Below are positions 25,301 through 39,150 of a DNA stretch of 64,000 nt, piece by piece. The notes under the pieces are model-generated. The model ran no database searches. It saw nothing but the letters and a program-made list of their open reading frames with translations, and had not been told where the DNA came from. Origin of the DNA: Chrysomallon squamiferum (Eukaryota > Animalia > Mollusca); NCBI GenBank assembly GCA_012295275.1, contig CM022672.1, forward strand, positions 8,804,001 through 8,868,000. The letters are read 5' to 3'. Each line of letters starts with the position of its first letter. Position 1 is the first letter of the stretch. The translations under genes and the position numbers were made by a program.

Positions 25301-28300
25301 CTGGAAGAACGAGTTGAAAGTATTATCAGTGGTGCTGCTCTGATGGCCGATTCATCCTGCACACGAGATGAACGCAGAGAGAGGATTGTGCAGGAGTGCA
25401 ATGCCGTTCGACAGGCTCTGCAAGATCTTCTCACTGAATACATGAACAATGTAAGTTAATGTACAGTTGCTTTATGTTGCTTTTATGTTACTGTACAGTG
25501 TACAGCTAAATCTTAATTTTTGTTTCAATAAGAGCACAGGGTTGATCATAGATTGAATTCCCATTTAAGGCAGGTCATTTTATTCAGTAAGAGCAAAGGT
25601 TTTATCATCAATTATATTCCCATTTACAGTAGTGTGTTTATTTTCAGTAAGAGCAAAGGTTTGATCATAGACTGAATTGCCATTTACAGCAGATGTTTGA
25701 TTCAATAAACAAAGGTTTGATCATAGATGAAGTTTGATTTAATGGACTATCAGTTCATCTTTGATGCTGAAGTACAGGAAATTGCAAACATTTTAATTCA
25801 ATCACATGAAAATATTTAATTTGAAAAGATATGATCACACAAATACACCATTGTGCTGACATAATATGGAGTGGGTGGGTGTTCCTTATCCATTCATCAT
25901 CCATAATCTGACTTGATCCATAAAAAACTAAACAAATTTTTGAAAGCATACATTATGATGTTTGTTTTAAACTTTAATGAATTAATTTGCATAACAATTG
26001 TCTGGTAAATCAGAAGTGACTTAAAGTAAGTGTTAAATTACTTTTGCCCATTTATTAATTCATAATCAATATTCCGTTCTGAAATATTCCTCAACCATTA
26101 AATTTGTGTTAATTCATTAGTTTACAACTTATCAAAAAGCTTATTTTTGTTTTCTCAGGTCAGAAAGCAAATACCTAATTAATTATATTTAAATAAATAT
26201 TTTGTTAAAGCCTATTATGTTTTAAAGGGGCCTCTATAAATATATTTATTGCTTCCGCATTTCTTTTGATAATGGCAGTGCACTAAGAAACTCCCAGCAA
26301 CAGAACGTAAGGAATATTTTAAGGTAACACTGACTATGCAGGAATGTTGAATCTTGCATGAAATTTGAGAGAGTTTGCATATGTTTGTTACTATCTAACA
26401 ACTATTGTTTTGAAGTAAAAGATCAATTAACAATTTTTGTTATTTATCTTCCAAAATAGGTTTGTTTGTTTTGGTTTTCTTTATATTTTTTATTGTCCAT
26501 GGGATTTGTTAGAGAACCCGAGAACAAAAAAGATTGTTATTGTGTTAGTCTGATTTTAAATTTTGCATATTCAAGGCATCTGATTATGTTCTTGTTGTCC
26601 AGTTACTAATACTTTTTTTTAGCATCTGTTAATGTTCTAACATAAAAATTAGTATAAACTAGTTATTACCCAACTGCATATTGTCTCATCAAAGCTGTGC
26701 AATTTTTATTTTCTTATTTATCATCATTTCTTTTCAGTTATTTAGTTTTAATTTTTAACTTTCATTTTATTTTATTTTTTTTTTTTTTTCACAATTTCAG
26801 AGAACAATTTTTTTTTTTTTTTAATTAAATATATATACTGTCATTAATTAATATTTATTATTACTTTTTTTTTTTTTTTAATTCACTTAATCAAATCTAC
26901 AAATTAGGCAGAGTTAAAATTTCTCGATGGATCTTTCTGTTCATTCTGTGCATGGATTGACAATTTTTCATCTGTGTTGTTACTCCATTTATAAATATTG
27001 ACTTTAGACATGCATAACTGAAATCTTGGGTGTTTTGGCTGAAATTATGCAGGCTTTTTTTATTACATATTTTTATGTTCATTTTTTGGAAATGTTTATC
27101 ATTTAATTACTGATTACACAAAACAAACAAACAAACAAACAAACAAACAAACAAACAAAGAAATAAAGAAATAAATAAAAAGAAAGAAAAGAAAAGAAAA
27201 ATGTCACTTGTTATTAAATTTCTACTTTGAAGTTAACTGCCTCAAAATTTTGATTAAATACACACACATACATAAAGTGATTTAAAACAGTGATTTTATA
27301 GTCAATAATTGAATAAACATATTAATGTTTATGCTCAGACTTTTCTCATATAAAACTGATAATGATAATACCCCCAGAATTATCTTGAAGTTGATGTGGC
27401 CTTCCCTTATACCTGATTAAACATTTTTACATTATTAACACTGAATGATAGGACTAAGTATATAGTCATATGATTGACCTGTAGTTTGTTTTACTGTATT
27501 TCACTTTTCATTATCTGCATGGTCCTTATTATATGTATGATGCCATAAAAGCATAGATTAAAAATGTTTTGTGTCATTACATAAGATAGTTCGTCATCTT
27601 AGAAGTGAAATTAAATAATTTGTGTTAATGTTTTTTCTTATATAATTATTCCAGATGCATCTAAAAATTATATAAGGATAAAAAAAACATTTTATAGAAA
27701 TAAAGAAAAGTGTTGTGTATGTGTGTGTGGGCTTGAAAAAAGACATATGTTTTTGACACTTTATTTTCAGGAACAGTGTTTTTAAAAGTTTATTATTAAA
27801 GCATTAATTTAAATAATACTTATTCCAGTAACTTTTCCGCGAGTAAAAGATAGGTGTTTTTGTATTGCAGGCTGGTCAAAAGGAGCCCAGTGAGTCTCTG
27901 GAGAAAGCCATTGACAACATGTGTAAGAAGACAAAAGATCTGAGAAGACAGGTACATCAACAATACATCTTGCTTGAACATCTTGCTTGTTTTGTGTCAG
28001 GCATAATTTAATAACTTGGCTCTTTATGACATGATTTAGAAGTCCTTGTGCACCATATATTTCAGTGTTTGTCTAACATCTTTTTCTGTTTTTGTGTAAT
28101 ATTAAAGTGAAATAGTTTACCTTGATATTATTTCAGAAATCTGTATTCATGGAAAAAAATTAAATATAAATTATTTAAAATTCGTAGTCTGTAAACTTTT
28201 TGCTTGCATTATTCATTCAGAACCTTTTTTATACAGTTCCAGTTTTTTAATTATTTTTTTTAATTGTTATTTTCAGTTGCGTAAAGCTGTAGTTGATCAT

Positions 28301-31300
28301 GTGTCAGACACATTTCTCGAAACCAACGTTCCACTTCTTGTGCTTATTGAAGCAGCCAAAGCTGGAGATGAAAAAGGAGTGGAAGAGTATGCTCAGGTCT
28401 TCTCTGAACATGCTAACAAGCTGGTTGAGGTGATTTTCATACATTGAAATGACATTTTATCAGTTACTATTGGGGTTTTAATAATTACTCTGTTCTTTGG
28501 TATATTTTCCCCAACACCACTGACATTATCGTATACCAGATCCTGTAAGCACAGGAGCTTTTTTTTTTTTTTTTAAAATAAAGGATCTATGTTTAATTTA
28601 TTGGTTTGTAATAAAATTAAAAACTGTAGGATTATTATTTATTATTATTAATTTCTGTTGTATGAAGTATACGTGTGTCTGTTTTATATCCATGCACATA
28701 CACAAACATAATTATTCAAGACTTATATTAAGTATATATATATATTTTTTAAATCCAGGTTGCAAATCTAGCCTGTTCTATGTCAAACAATGAAGAAGGA
28801 GTCAAGATGGTTAGAATGGCAGCCTTTGAAATTGATGCCCTCTGTCCACAGGTAATAAAATATTTCTTGTTATCTCTATCTTTTATCGCTCTGGCAGTCT
28901 CAAGCTTTTCTGTTTTTCTCTCAGTCTCTCTCAATCTCTCTCTGTGTCTCTCTCAATCACAGTTTCTCTTTCAATTTCTTTGACTCTGTCCTTCCTTCTC
29001 TCTAAATAGAATCAATTCAACACATTGATATATTTTCAGGTAACTCAAAATCTAATGTAGTATAAGATACTGCTGCTGTTAGAGAATTAACAAATTAATT
29101 TATATTTTACAATCATTAATGAAGCAAGGTTTTTGTTAATACAATAAGGGTTTTATCAATTAGTGATTAATGCAGCAGGGGTTTTGTTAATACAGTAAGG
29201 GTTTTATTATTTGTTAGGTGATTAATGCAGCAGGGGTTTTGTTAATACAGTAAGGGTTTTATTATTTGTTAGGTGATTAATGCAGCCAGGGTACTAGCAG
29301 CACGCCCACGATCCAAGGTTGCCCAGGAAAACATGGATGTGTTTAAAGAAGCCTGGGAAAAAGAAGTGCGCATTCTCACCGAAGCTGTTGACGACATCAC
29401 TACAATCCATGACTTCCTTGCTGTCTCAGGTCTGTGAGATACATTAGATAATGTTGTTTTCAACAAAGATATGCCTTAGTAGAAATGCTTCAGAAATATG
29501 CTTATGAAGATAAAAAAAAAAAAAATGTTTAAATTATAAAAAGAATGAAAAATTTGATATGATGATGATATATAACATTTGTCTTTCATTGTGGAAAGAA
29601 AAAATAGCAGAGTACTCTCAACATAGCAAATAATTAATTTATGTATAATTTATTGAATTATTATTATTATAATTTTGATGTTATTATTATCACCATTATT
29701 TATCATTTTAAGTGTTATTTTATTACTATTTTTATGTTATTATTATTATTATATGTTTACAGAAAATCATATTCTGGAGGATGTCAATAAATGTGTCATA
29801 GCATTACAAGAGTCTGACGCAGACACACTTGATCGCACTGCAGGAGCTATCCGTGGTAGATCTGCCCGCGTGTGTAATGTCGTCCAGTTTGAAATGAACA
29901 ACTATGAGCCGGGCCAGTACACTGAGCGCGTCATGGAGGCAGTGGTCATGTTACGAGATCAAAGTAGGATTTGTATATATTTAAACAATTAAGTAATTTA
30001 GATAATATTAAAAATAATTTTTACCATTGTTGTTCAGTTAACTTGTGCTGGTCACAAAATGAGTAATAGTTCTTTTTTAATTTTTTGGGGTTAGGTTGTG
30101 GTCAGTTGAAAAGGATATTTTTTTTTTTATATATTATAATAATTAAAAATATTTAAAAATGAAAATGAACATATTTAAAAAATGAAAATTTATTATTTAT
30201 TTCAAATAACACACTAACATTCACATGTACCTTTTTATTTATTTTCATTCTCTGTCATTCATAAATTAACAATGATAAATAAAAAATGCTATTATTATGC
30301 AGCTATAAAAGAAAATATAAAAGTGTACATTTATCTGTATTTCTCAGTAATGCCAAATTTTGCTGAGAAGGTTGAACTGGCTGTTGATGGCCTGAGTTCG
30401 AACCCGCCTCGTGAAATTGATGAGAATGACTTTATTGAAGCCAGTCGACTGGTGTATGATGGTGTCAGGGACATCAGACAGGCAGTCCTAATGAACAGGG
30501 TAATCTTTCAGAAATGTCTTTTGAATTTATTTTACCAAAAAATCTTTCCTGGATTTTTGCACTTCAGAAGCAACAGTAAACTATTTTCATAACACAGATG
30601 TAGTTTTAAGAAGGCATATAGTTCTGATTCATTGTCTGTTTCCCAATTTTATAGTATAGCTACAGCTGTATGAACATTTTGTGGTTCCCACAAAGCCATA
30701 AAAATAAAACATTTTGAAGTTTCCAACTTAACAGAATTTTAGCTGGACATTACTGACATTTATAATTATGTCACATTAATTAATGTATAAACATTTTTTT
30801 GTTGTTCTAAGTTGTTCTTACATGTGTTTATAAGGTTGAATATAAAAAATAAAATAAAGGTTAGATTGTGTAGAAATTTTCAATATTTTTATTACATCAG
30901 AATATTACTGAGTATGACAGTGACAGTGAAGTGGAATATGAAGATGATGGAGCTGAATATTGTAAGTATTCTTCATAAATAATGCAGTATAGCAGCCGTA
31001 TTGTTATTTTCTACTAACAGTGCAGTGTCTGATGACAGGAGAAAAGTATTTGCAGAATACCATCCTAATCAAAAGCTAGAAAAATCTCATTAATAAATTA
31101 TCTGTCTTCCCTAAAACTGTTGTGCTCTGCTTAATTAAAAAATATGAGAAATGTTTAAATATTTATTATAAAATAACATTACTAATAATTAAATTTGTAT
31201 TACACATGTTAATAATATTTAAATATTAATGAGAAAACCACTTAATAATTATTAGAATAACACTAGTAGCAATTATATTTGTATTAAAAAATAACATTAG

Positions 31301-33281
31301 CCATATTTAAATATCAGTGAAAAAAACTACATTAAAATTATTAATTATGAAATGTATTGGTGAACACATTATTGAAGAAGTCTGATTAAAAAAGGGCATT
31401 TGCTACTTTGAGAAGAATGAACCTGTTTGCTGTTAAGACCAAGAAAATAATTATGTTTCATATGCTGACCAACTTTTAGCATAAATTGTACAGTTAATGA
31501 TGTTCTTTCAGTTTTAATCTCTTCATTACCAAGATGGCTATAGTAACCATAATTTTATAACAGCATCATACCAGAATAATGACAATACACTGAGATACAC
31601 AGGAGATTCTGTTATAACTCAAAGTATTGTTGACTTTTAAAGTGATCACTGAAGGTGCAGGGAAATCGAAATCATCATTGCTATCATTAAAGTAAACAAG
31701 AGTCAAAGCAATAGAGGTCACTAAAGAATATCCTTGATGCAGTTAATGATACTACCTACTTGTCATATTTTAAATTATTAGTTTCTAGATGTAACAAAAT
31801 TCATATGTAAATTGAAAATACAAAGATGAAGACACTCTTCTTGGTAAAAAAAAAAAAAAAGATATATATATTTTTAAGAATGTTGGGAAAGGGTCTGGTT
31901 ATTCAAGTAAATTTTTTTCCATAGCAAGCATATCTGGTCAGGAATACAATGATGCTAGTGAACGTGGCTTGATGCGTCGACTGCCACAAGAAGACAGAGA
32001 AAAGATTATGTACCAGGTGGAACAGTTTCGTGTGGAGAAGGCCAAACTGGACAGAGAGGTAGCCAAATGGGACGACAGTGGAAACGACATCATTGTGCTA
32101 GCAAAGCAGATGTGTATGATTATGATGGAGATGACAGATTTCACAAGGTATGTGTCTTCTTCAGCTGCAGTGATTTAGTCAGATGTCAGAATTTTAACTG
32201 ATAAGTTGATTTTAGGGTTTCATCAAGTATTGTCTTAAAGTAAACATTTAAATCTCAGAATATATTGATTTATTATAATAATTTGATAATGAGAGGTTTA
32301 TCATAAGTTCTGTTAAATGTTTTTTCCACTGAAGGAAAGCACACACATAACATGCCTTGCTACTACTAATTGGTGGAATAACCAAGATGAAAGCGAATTT
32401 TCCATTCTTGTCTTCTTTGTCTAAGAAATTGTATGTGTGTGTGTGTTTCTGCCTGATAACTGTTAATATGAAAATGTTAGATATTGCCAAACTAAATTTA
32501 TTTTTGAAGAGGGCGAGGTCCATTGAAGAGTACAATGGATGTTATTAATGCTGCTAAGAAAATCTCTGAGGCTGGTTCCAGGCTTGACAAACTATCAAAG
32601 AGCATAGCAGAACAGGTAAAAATCTAAATTCAGCATATTTTATTTAAAAAAAAAAAATTCTTTAAAAAAATCTCTGATTTAGGCATCAAACTGGACCGAT
32701 GGAAACTGTTGTCACTTCATATAATGATATACAGAATTACTGCTATAGGAGAGTTAAAATTGTTACCTGTATAGTGGTACTTAAAATGTTAAATATCATT
32801 ATTCAGATTTTTCCTGAGTCCTGATTCTGTTATGGTATAAAGTGACAGCCACAGGTACATATAGGGAAAGTTAAAATTGTGACCTAATGTAGTGGTACTC
32901 AAGAAATTAAAATATCATTCACATATCTTTTTCAGTGTCCTGATTCTCAATCCAAGAAAGATTTGGATGCTTACATGCAGCGTATTGCTCTCTATTGTCA
33001 CCAGCTTAACATCACCAGCAAAGTCAAAGCTGACGTACAGAATGTCAGCGGGGAATTGATTGTTTGTGGGGTATGTTGTTTGTTTTAGTATTGGACTGAA
33101 ATTGTTTTATATCTTATTAAAAGTCATCACTCTGTTAATTAGTTTCTTCAATTCCATAAGATTTTCTCTGTATGTGAGAGGTGTCTGTGTGTTATTTTTT
33201 ACTATCATTTCTATCTTTCTTTTCTATCAAATTTGTTAAAAAAACAAAAAAACCAACAAATAACTTCTTTATAAGTTCAAG

Positions 33282-33312
<31 letters not shown>

Positions 33313-35252
33313 ACAAAACAGAAAAAAACAGCAGCTTGTTTCTGTTAACATACAAAGTGTGTGTGTGTGTGTGTGTGCATCTGTTGTATATTTAAACATG
33401 TATGTGTATCTCTGTAATTCAAACTAAATTTTTAAATATGTGCATATATCATTTTTAATACTTCAGTTGGACAGTGCAACATCATTAATACAGGCTGCAA
33501 AAAATTTGATGAATGCTGTAGTGTTGACTGTAAAAGCCTGCTATGTGGCTTCAACAAAGGTAAGAGTTTAGATAACATATACTGTTGTGTGTGGTCATTT
33601 TTAATTTATTTTTTTATTTATGATTTTTTAGATCATAGCAATTAATTTTCAGTCATTGTCAATTATTGTACTGTATACCAGGGATGCCAATGATTTTCAC
33701 ATTTTGGAATTTTTTATTGTTCCCTTCACCAGATTTTCTCAGAATGTTTGTACTTGTGGAGCCCATCTAGACAGGGCAAAAAGATTTCTTTGATTATTTT
33801 TGCATTTTTATGTCTCTCTTTTTCGTTTATTTTATTGCATTTGACACATGTATTATCAGAAAGATCATAAAGAAATGAATTGGATATGGAATTTGAATAT
33901 TTTTGTTATCGTGAATCTCAAAATGATATATTTCTCTGAAACTGGGCAAAGAAGTAATCAAAGAGGTTTTAGGAACAGTTTGAAAAATCCTGCACAGCAT
34001 TATAGTTTGGGTTTTATTCAGGTGTTTTTTTGGGGGTTTTTCAGCCTAATATTTTGAATAGATAACTTTTATAGATCAGAGGGAATGTTAATTATTATTA
34101 TTTATTAATTTTAATTTTTATTTTTAATATTGACAGTCCTGGTATACCATGTCAGGAATGTGTGTAAAATGTTTTTTGAGGAATGCATATTTTGTTTATA
34201 AATATTTTTTAATGAATAGTTACCCTATTTTCATTGTTTTGTGTTCTATGTCATTTTTCTTTCATGTGAATCATTTACAGTGGTAGTGTTTTATTTATTG
34301 TACATTGATTGTTGTTTTTATTTCTTTCAGTACCCCAAGAATTCTAGATTAAATGTGAGTAATTTTGTCTTTGATTTCAGTGCATTGTTGATGTCAGCCA
34401 GCAGGAAAATTTATATGCATGGCATGAGCATTTTTATGTTGTCAGAATCAGTTTTCAAATGAGATTATTTCTAATTAATCAATTTCTTTCTTTTTAATAC
34501 TTCTGTTTGAATAATTTTTAGATAAGAGTTATTAATCATAAAGTTTCATAATGCTGAATTAAATTAAGAGCATTTCATATTATATTACTATACATCTTGA
34601 CATCTGTTAATGATACTAACATTCATTACCTACTCTCTGCTATGAATTGCATATTTAGCTATATACAAATGTACAAATACGTGAGGGGTGGGGTGTGTTG
34701 CAGTGATAGAGCATGCATTGTATCATAATAAGTAAACAGCATAATAAATCCTTGGCATAAACATAATTCCCCATTCCAATCAGACTTGTACAACATATTT
34801 ATCAAAGGCCATAATATGTGCTTTCTTGACCATGGGAATATGTATATAAATATTTTCTTGCTATTAACATATAAACACAGATTGTAGAATGATTGTAATG
34901 TTTTCTCTTGGATCATAATTATACAAACAACATCATTTATGCCCTGTATTGCATATAATGGCTCCCTCACTCCTCTCTCTCCTTTTTCTGTCAACCTTTC
35001 TTAAACCCCCACACACACACACACACAGAGATGATCTTACTGTTTCTGTGTAATTACTAATTGTTTTCTTTCATTATACAGTCGTCTGTTGTTCTGTGGA
35101 AGATGAAGGCTCCTGCCAAGAAGCCGTTGGTCCGACGAGAAGATGCGGATGAACAGAGAGCTAAAATCAGAAAAGGTGCATCGAAATCAAAGATCGAGCC
35201 AATTCGAGCTTTGAGCGAGTTCCAAGAAATACAAATGGACAGTTTCTGCTAA
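22391..35252 (+). CDS. CTNNA: Alpha-catenin (~902 aa)
   Basis: Twenty GT-AG coding exons join in frame (2709 nt): 22391-22504, 22849-23038, 23396-23562, 23934-24053, 24513-24602, 24793-24966, 25247-25450, 27871-27951, 28277-28429, 28759-28851, 29273-29429, 29763-29963, 30348-30499, 30901-30961, 31925-32147, 32510-32615, 32936-33070, 33467-33559, 34331-34354, 35082-35252. Diagnostic peptides WDPKNLEIRTKSVEKTLEPLVTQV, KKKGRSKKAHVL, LRKAVVDHVSD, KWDDSGNDIIVLAKQMCMIMMEMTDFTRG, WKMKAPAKKPLV. Confidence 0.97.
25520..25735. repeat. Minisatellite, ~60-bp unit, ~4 copies (alpha-catenin intron)
   Basis: Recurrent TTCAGTAAGAGCAAAGGTTTGATCATAGA..GAATT.CCATTTA. Confidence 0.85.
29105..29286 (+). repeat. 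55-bp tandem repeat (~3.3 copies) overlapping the acceptor of alpha-catenin exon 29273
   Basis: Unit GTGATTAATGCAGCAGGGGTTTTGTTAATACAGTAAGGGTTTTATTATTTGTTAG. Confidence 0.9.
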
Positions 35253-35784
35253 TCAAAATGGACCAGTTATTTTCTTAGCTCTGATGTTGTGTACATCAGA
35301 AGTTATTAGTAGAGATATACTATTGATTTCTGTATCTACTTACATATCAAATTTATATACCTGTTTACACGGGAAGAAATATTTTAAATCATTTATTAAA
35401 TTCAGGTTGTCACTTTCTTGAGGGGAGGGTTTGAATTGAAATATATTAAATATTAATTAATTATAAATGTAAAGCATTTTAAAAAGGACTTTTATGAATA
35501 TGTTTTTGCTAAAACAAAGGATTTTCATAAATATTTGAAAATAACTATGAATTAAACTGGTTGTTATAAAAATGGCATTATTTCAGTTGAAACTTTATTA
35601 TTCACAGATGACTAAGCACATTGTTTTAATTTTTTTTTTTTATCCAATAAAGGTTGTAATCATTTTATTCTTTAAATATATGTAAATGTTTGGGAACAAA
35701 AATCTCAGTTTCTGTCTCTCTTGAGATTTCTTTAGATGAAATAGAAGGAATGTATTTTGGTGATGATTATGAAGTTTATTATTA

Positions 35785-35824
<40 letters not shown>

Positions 35825-36771
35825 CTGGAGATTACCTCTATATTATAGAGCTGCATGATTGGTTGTGAATTATTGAAGTATATTTGACAGTGAAGATCAT
35901 TTAACATATTTAGCTTGAACTATTATCATTACAAGTGTCATACATATTAGTAAACATATCAGTTACAAGTTTATAAATGAACTCTTTAATTATCTTTGTA
36001 CAATTTATTATAACATTCTATTTTTATCATATGAATACTTAATACATTATGATAAATTCTTTTTAAAATCATTTTATCAATTACAAGTTAAAATATACAG
36101 TCTTGTGATCAGTGTTCATAAATGTTTTTAATTTATTTTTAAATCAGTTAGATTTGTATATTTACTTATTTTGTGAGTTACATTGTCTCATTAGTACAGA
36201 TGTAATTTTTGTGAAAAAAAATCTACAGCAGATAATCATTTTATTCTTTTTGGTAATTATTTAATATTACTTTTAAAACAAATGTATTACCTGCACCACA
36301 CAACACATACATACATACAAACATATAACATGCGATATCAAATCATATACACCCAGGCAGTATGATTGCCATCCACATACTGAAAAAGCTGAGGATCATA
36401 AAATATTCTGTTGTGAATTTACTTAACTTTATAGTCATTTATAACAAATTATAGCATATATTAGTATTAAAGCTTAATTTCCACCTTGAATTTATGAATG
36501 ATTATTAAAAGTTTGTTACTTGTTACTTTTCTGTCTTATCTACATACTGTTGTAGTCATAATTACATTTTTTTTCACTTTGTCTCTCAACTCTGTATATT
36601 TTAGTAATTAAAGTAGATCTGGAATAGATTAGACTATATGTTCTTGGTTGTGCAGATCTTTCAACTTTTTTGTTGTTGTTTTTTTTTAATTTAATTTTTA
36701 TATTATTACCATGGAGGTCATATTAACTGAGAATGCATTAAACTTGTGTTGATTTGTTTTTTTTCCTTAAT

Positions 36772-36810
<39 letters not shown>

Positions 36811-39116
36811 TTATATTCATGAATATATAATCTTGTATTTGAAATACATATGTACATAGAGATTTTGTTAGTGATTCTGGAAATTCAGTACTAGCCAATA
36901 GCTGTTATTGCAAATGACTATACATACAGTGGTTGTCCATGAGTCTGTCATTTCAGGTTTCTGTTACACTGAAAGTGGAATAAACATAATCAACATCCTC
37001 TTGTTTTTGTTCTAATTTCATTTCTCTCTCTCTCTCTCATGCATACACAAAATACAGTCGCACTGTTATCCATGTACACACAGGCCTTAGAAGACTACTT
37101 CATGTGTATTGAAAAAGTTCAAGATGATAAAATAATTATTTTTGAGTAAGATGACACACTCCATGAAAACAAAATTTACTTATTCTGAAATGAGATGGGT
37201 ATTGCCATTTAACAGCTAAAATCAGCAAAGAAAATTTGACATACCAGAGAGACACTGTTGTTATTCAGTATATTGTGATAAATTACATGTGCTCATATGT
37301 TAAGTTGAAAGATTTGGAACCAATATTAAGTCTTTAATTTTATGACTTTCCAGTGCTGCACAGTGATTGTGCTAAGAGCATTCAGTTAAGAATATTAATA
37401 TTCAATATCCATTGATTCTTTCTTCATTCAACATACACAGTTACTGGGATCTCTTTAATTTTCTGCACAGCTGAAGATAAATATCAGTTTTCTTTTTTAC
37501 TTATGAATAAAATTTATTTATTAATTATTTTATCATTTATTATTCAAAAAAAAATTTCTTTTTTTTTTTTTTTTTACATGTTATCTTTACATCAAATATT
37601 TTGTTCAGAAATTATGAAATATATAGATGCTTTTAACAAATTTAATTCAGTTTAATAACTATACAGTCATAAAATCAGATACACATTTTTCCTGTTTATA
37701 TTTTGTATCTTTGATACTGGAGATCACAGTTTGAAATTAGAAACTGCTAATTTGTACATCTGGCAGCAATAGGAAATGTTTTTCAGTATTATAGAGGAAA
37801 CTGTATTGCCATTACATAAACAATATACATACTTCACAGTTAATATTACAAAATGACAAGTCATTAGCATTATATATTTTGTACCAGTTTGCAGAGATCA
37901 GTTTGTCAATTCAGCAAGAAGTATAATTTAGAGTTAATGTTTTTCTTTATTTTCTTTTATATATTATATATATATTTTAACTAATGAAAGGCAGTAGTCT
38001 CACTGATAACAGACATGAAATAAATTACCTTTTTTCCAAAATTGTTATTATAAAGAATAATAATATGTATCATAAAATGTTAGTAATATTTTAGTATAAA
38101 TTGTAAAGTGACAGTAAATTAAATATTAATTTTTGAATGATGGTAATAATTATTTATTTCTTGTGAAATTTTATTTTAATATTTAAATATCCAAAATTCT
38201 TTCATCACATGATTCTAAGACAACAATAATAAATAAAGAAAATTTATAACACTTTATTGCCAACTTACAAAATAGTAAATATAATACACAGTATATACAA
38301 ACTTTGGTCATGAATATTTTACTACATAGAAACAGTTTCAAAGTTGTTTTAAAATTTATAAAGGCACATTTTTCATGATTAGCCTGGCAAGTTAAAAAAA
38401 AAAAATATATATATATAAACATTCTTCTAACTTCTAAAATATTTCCTGTGAATTATTTTTATCAAACCTAATGAAAAATCCAAAGAAAGAATAAATATTA
38501 AGAACTGAAGAAAAAAATCTACATTTCTTATTAACTCATTCATGATCATACAACATGAGCTAACAACTGATAAGAAGTTATTTGTAATAATAACGAAATC
38601 TGGGTGAGGATTCCATATCTGAAATACTTAGGCCAGAAACTTATAGAGATTGTGATTTTACAACATGGGACATTTGTCTGAACATTAAATCTATTGCAAT
38701 AACTTTGTGTCTGAAATCAAGTTTGTGTATTCAGAACCATACACTGTATAATTGTCCTGAATAACAATACAACAAATGAAACAAATACTTTTAAAATAAT
38801 ATACAAGAAATAGGCTAAATATATTCTTGCAAGGTGTTTTGTTTCTTGTCAACCAAGCTTAATGAAGTATAACAACAAAAATATAAAGTTTAAAAATATC
38901 TTCTGAAGTCATGATATTATGGAATACAGTTTGTTGTAGTTTCTTTAAGAGTTCTAAACAGATATGGCTGTCAGTTCACATTAATGTTACAACATTTATT
39001 CCCATACTTTGATATGGACAATGACAGGCCATCCAAAACTATAAAATAATAACATGGAAATATCATTTTATTAAATATTATTTATTTTATTTATTTATTT
39101 ATTATTATATATATAT

Positions 39117-39150
<34 letters not shown>

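Noticed and set aside
31021-31080. Strong-looking acceptor (tactaacag) 59 nt after alpha-catenin exon 30901-30961
   Set aside because: No donor in a compatible phase, and the frame stops quickly. It cannot be supported without RNA data.
34137-34160. Second micro-exon candidate in alpha-catenin
   Set aside because: 23 nt to the nearest GT, frameshifting, with a weak donor.
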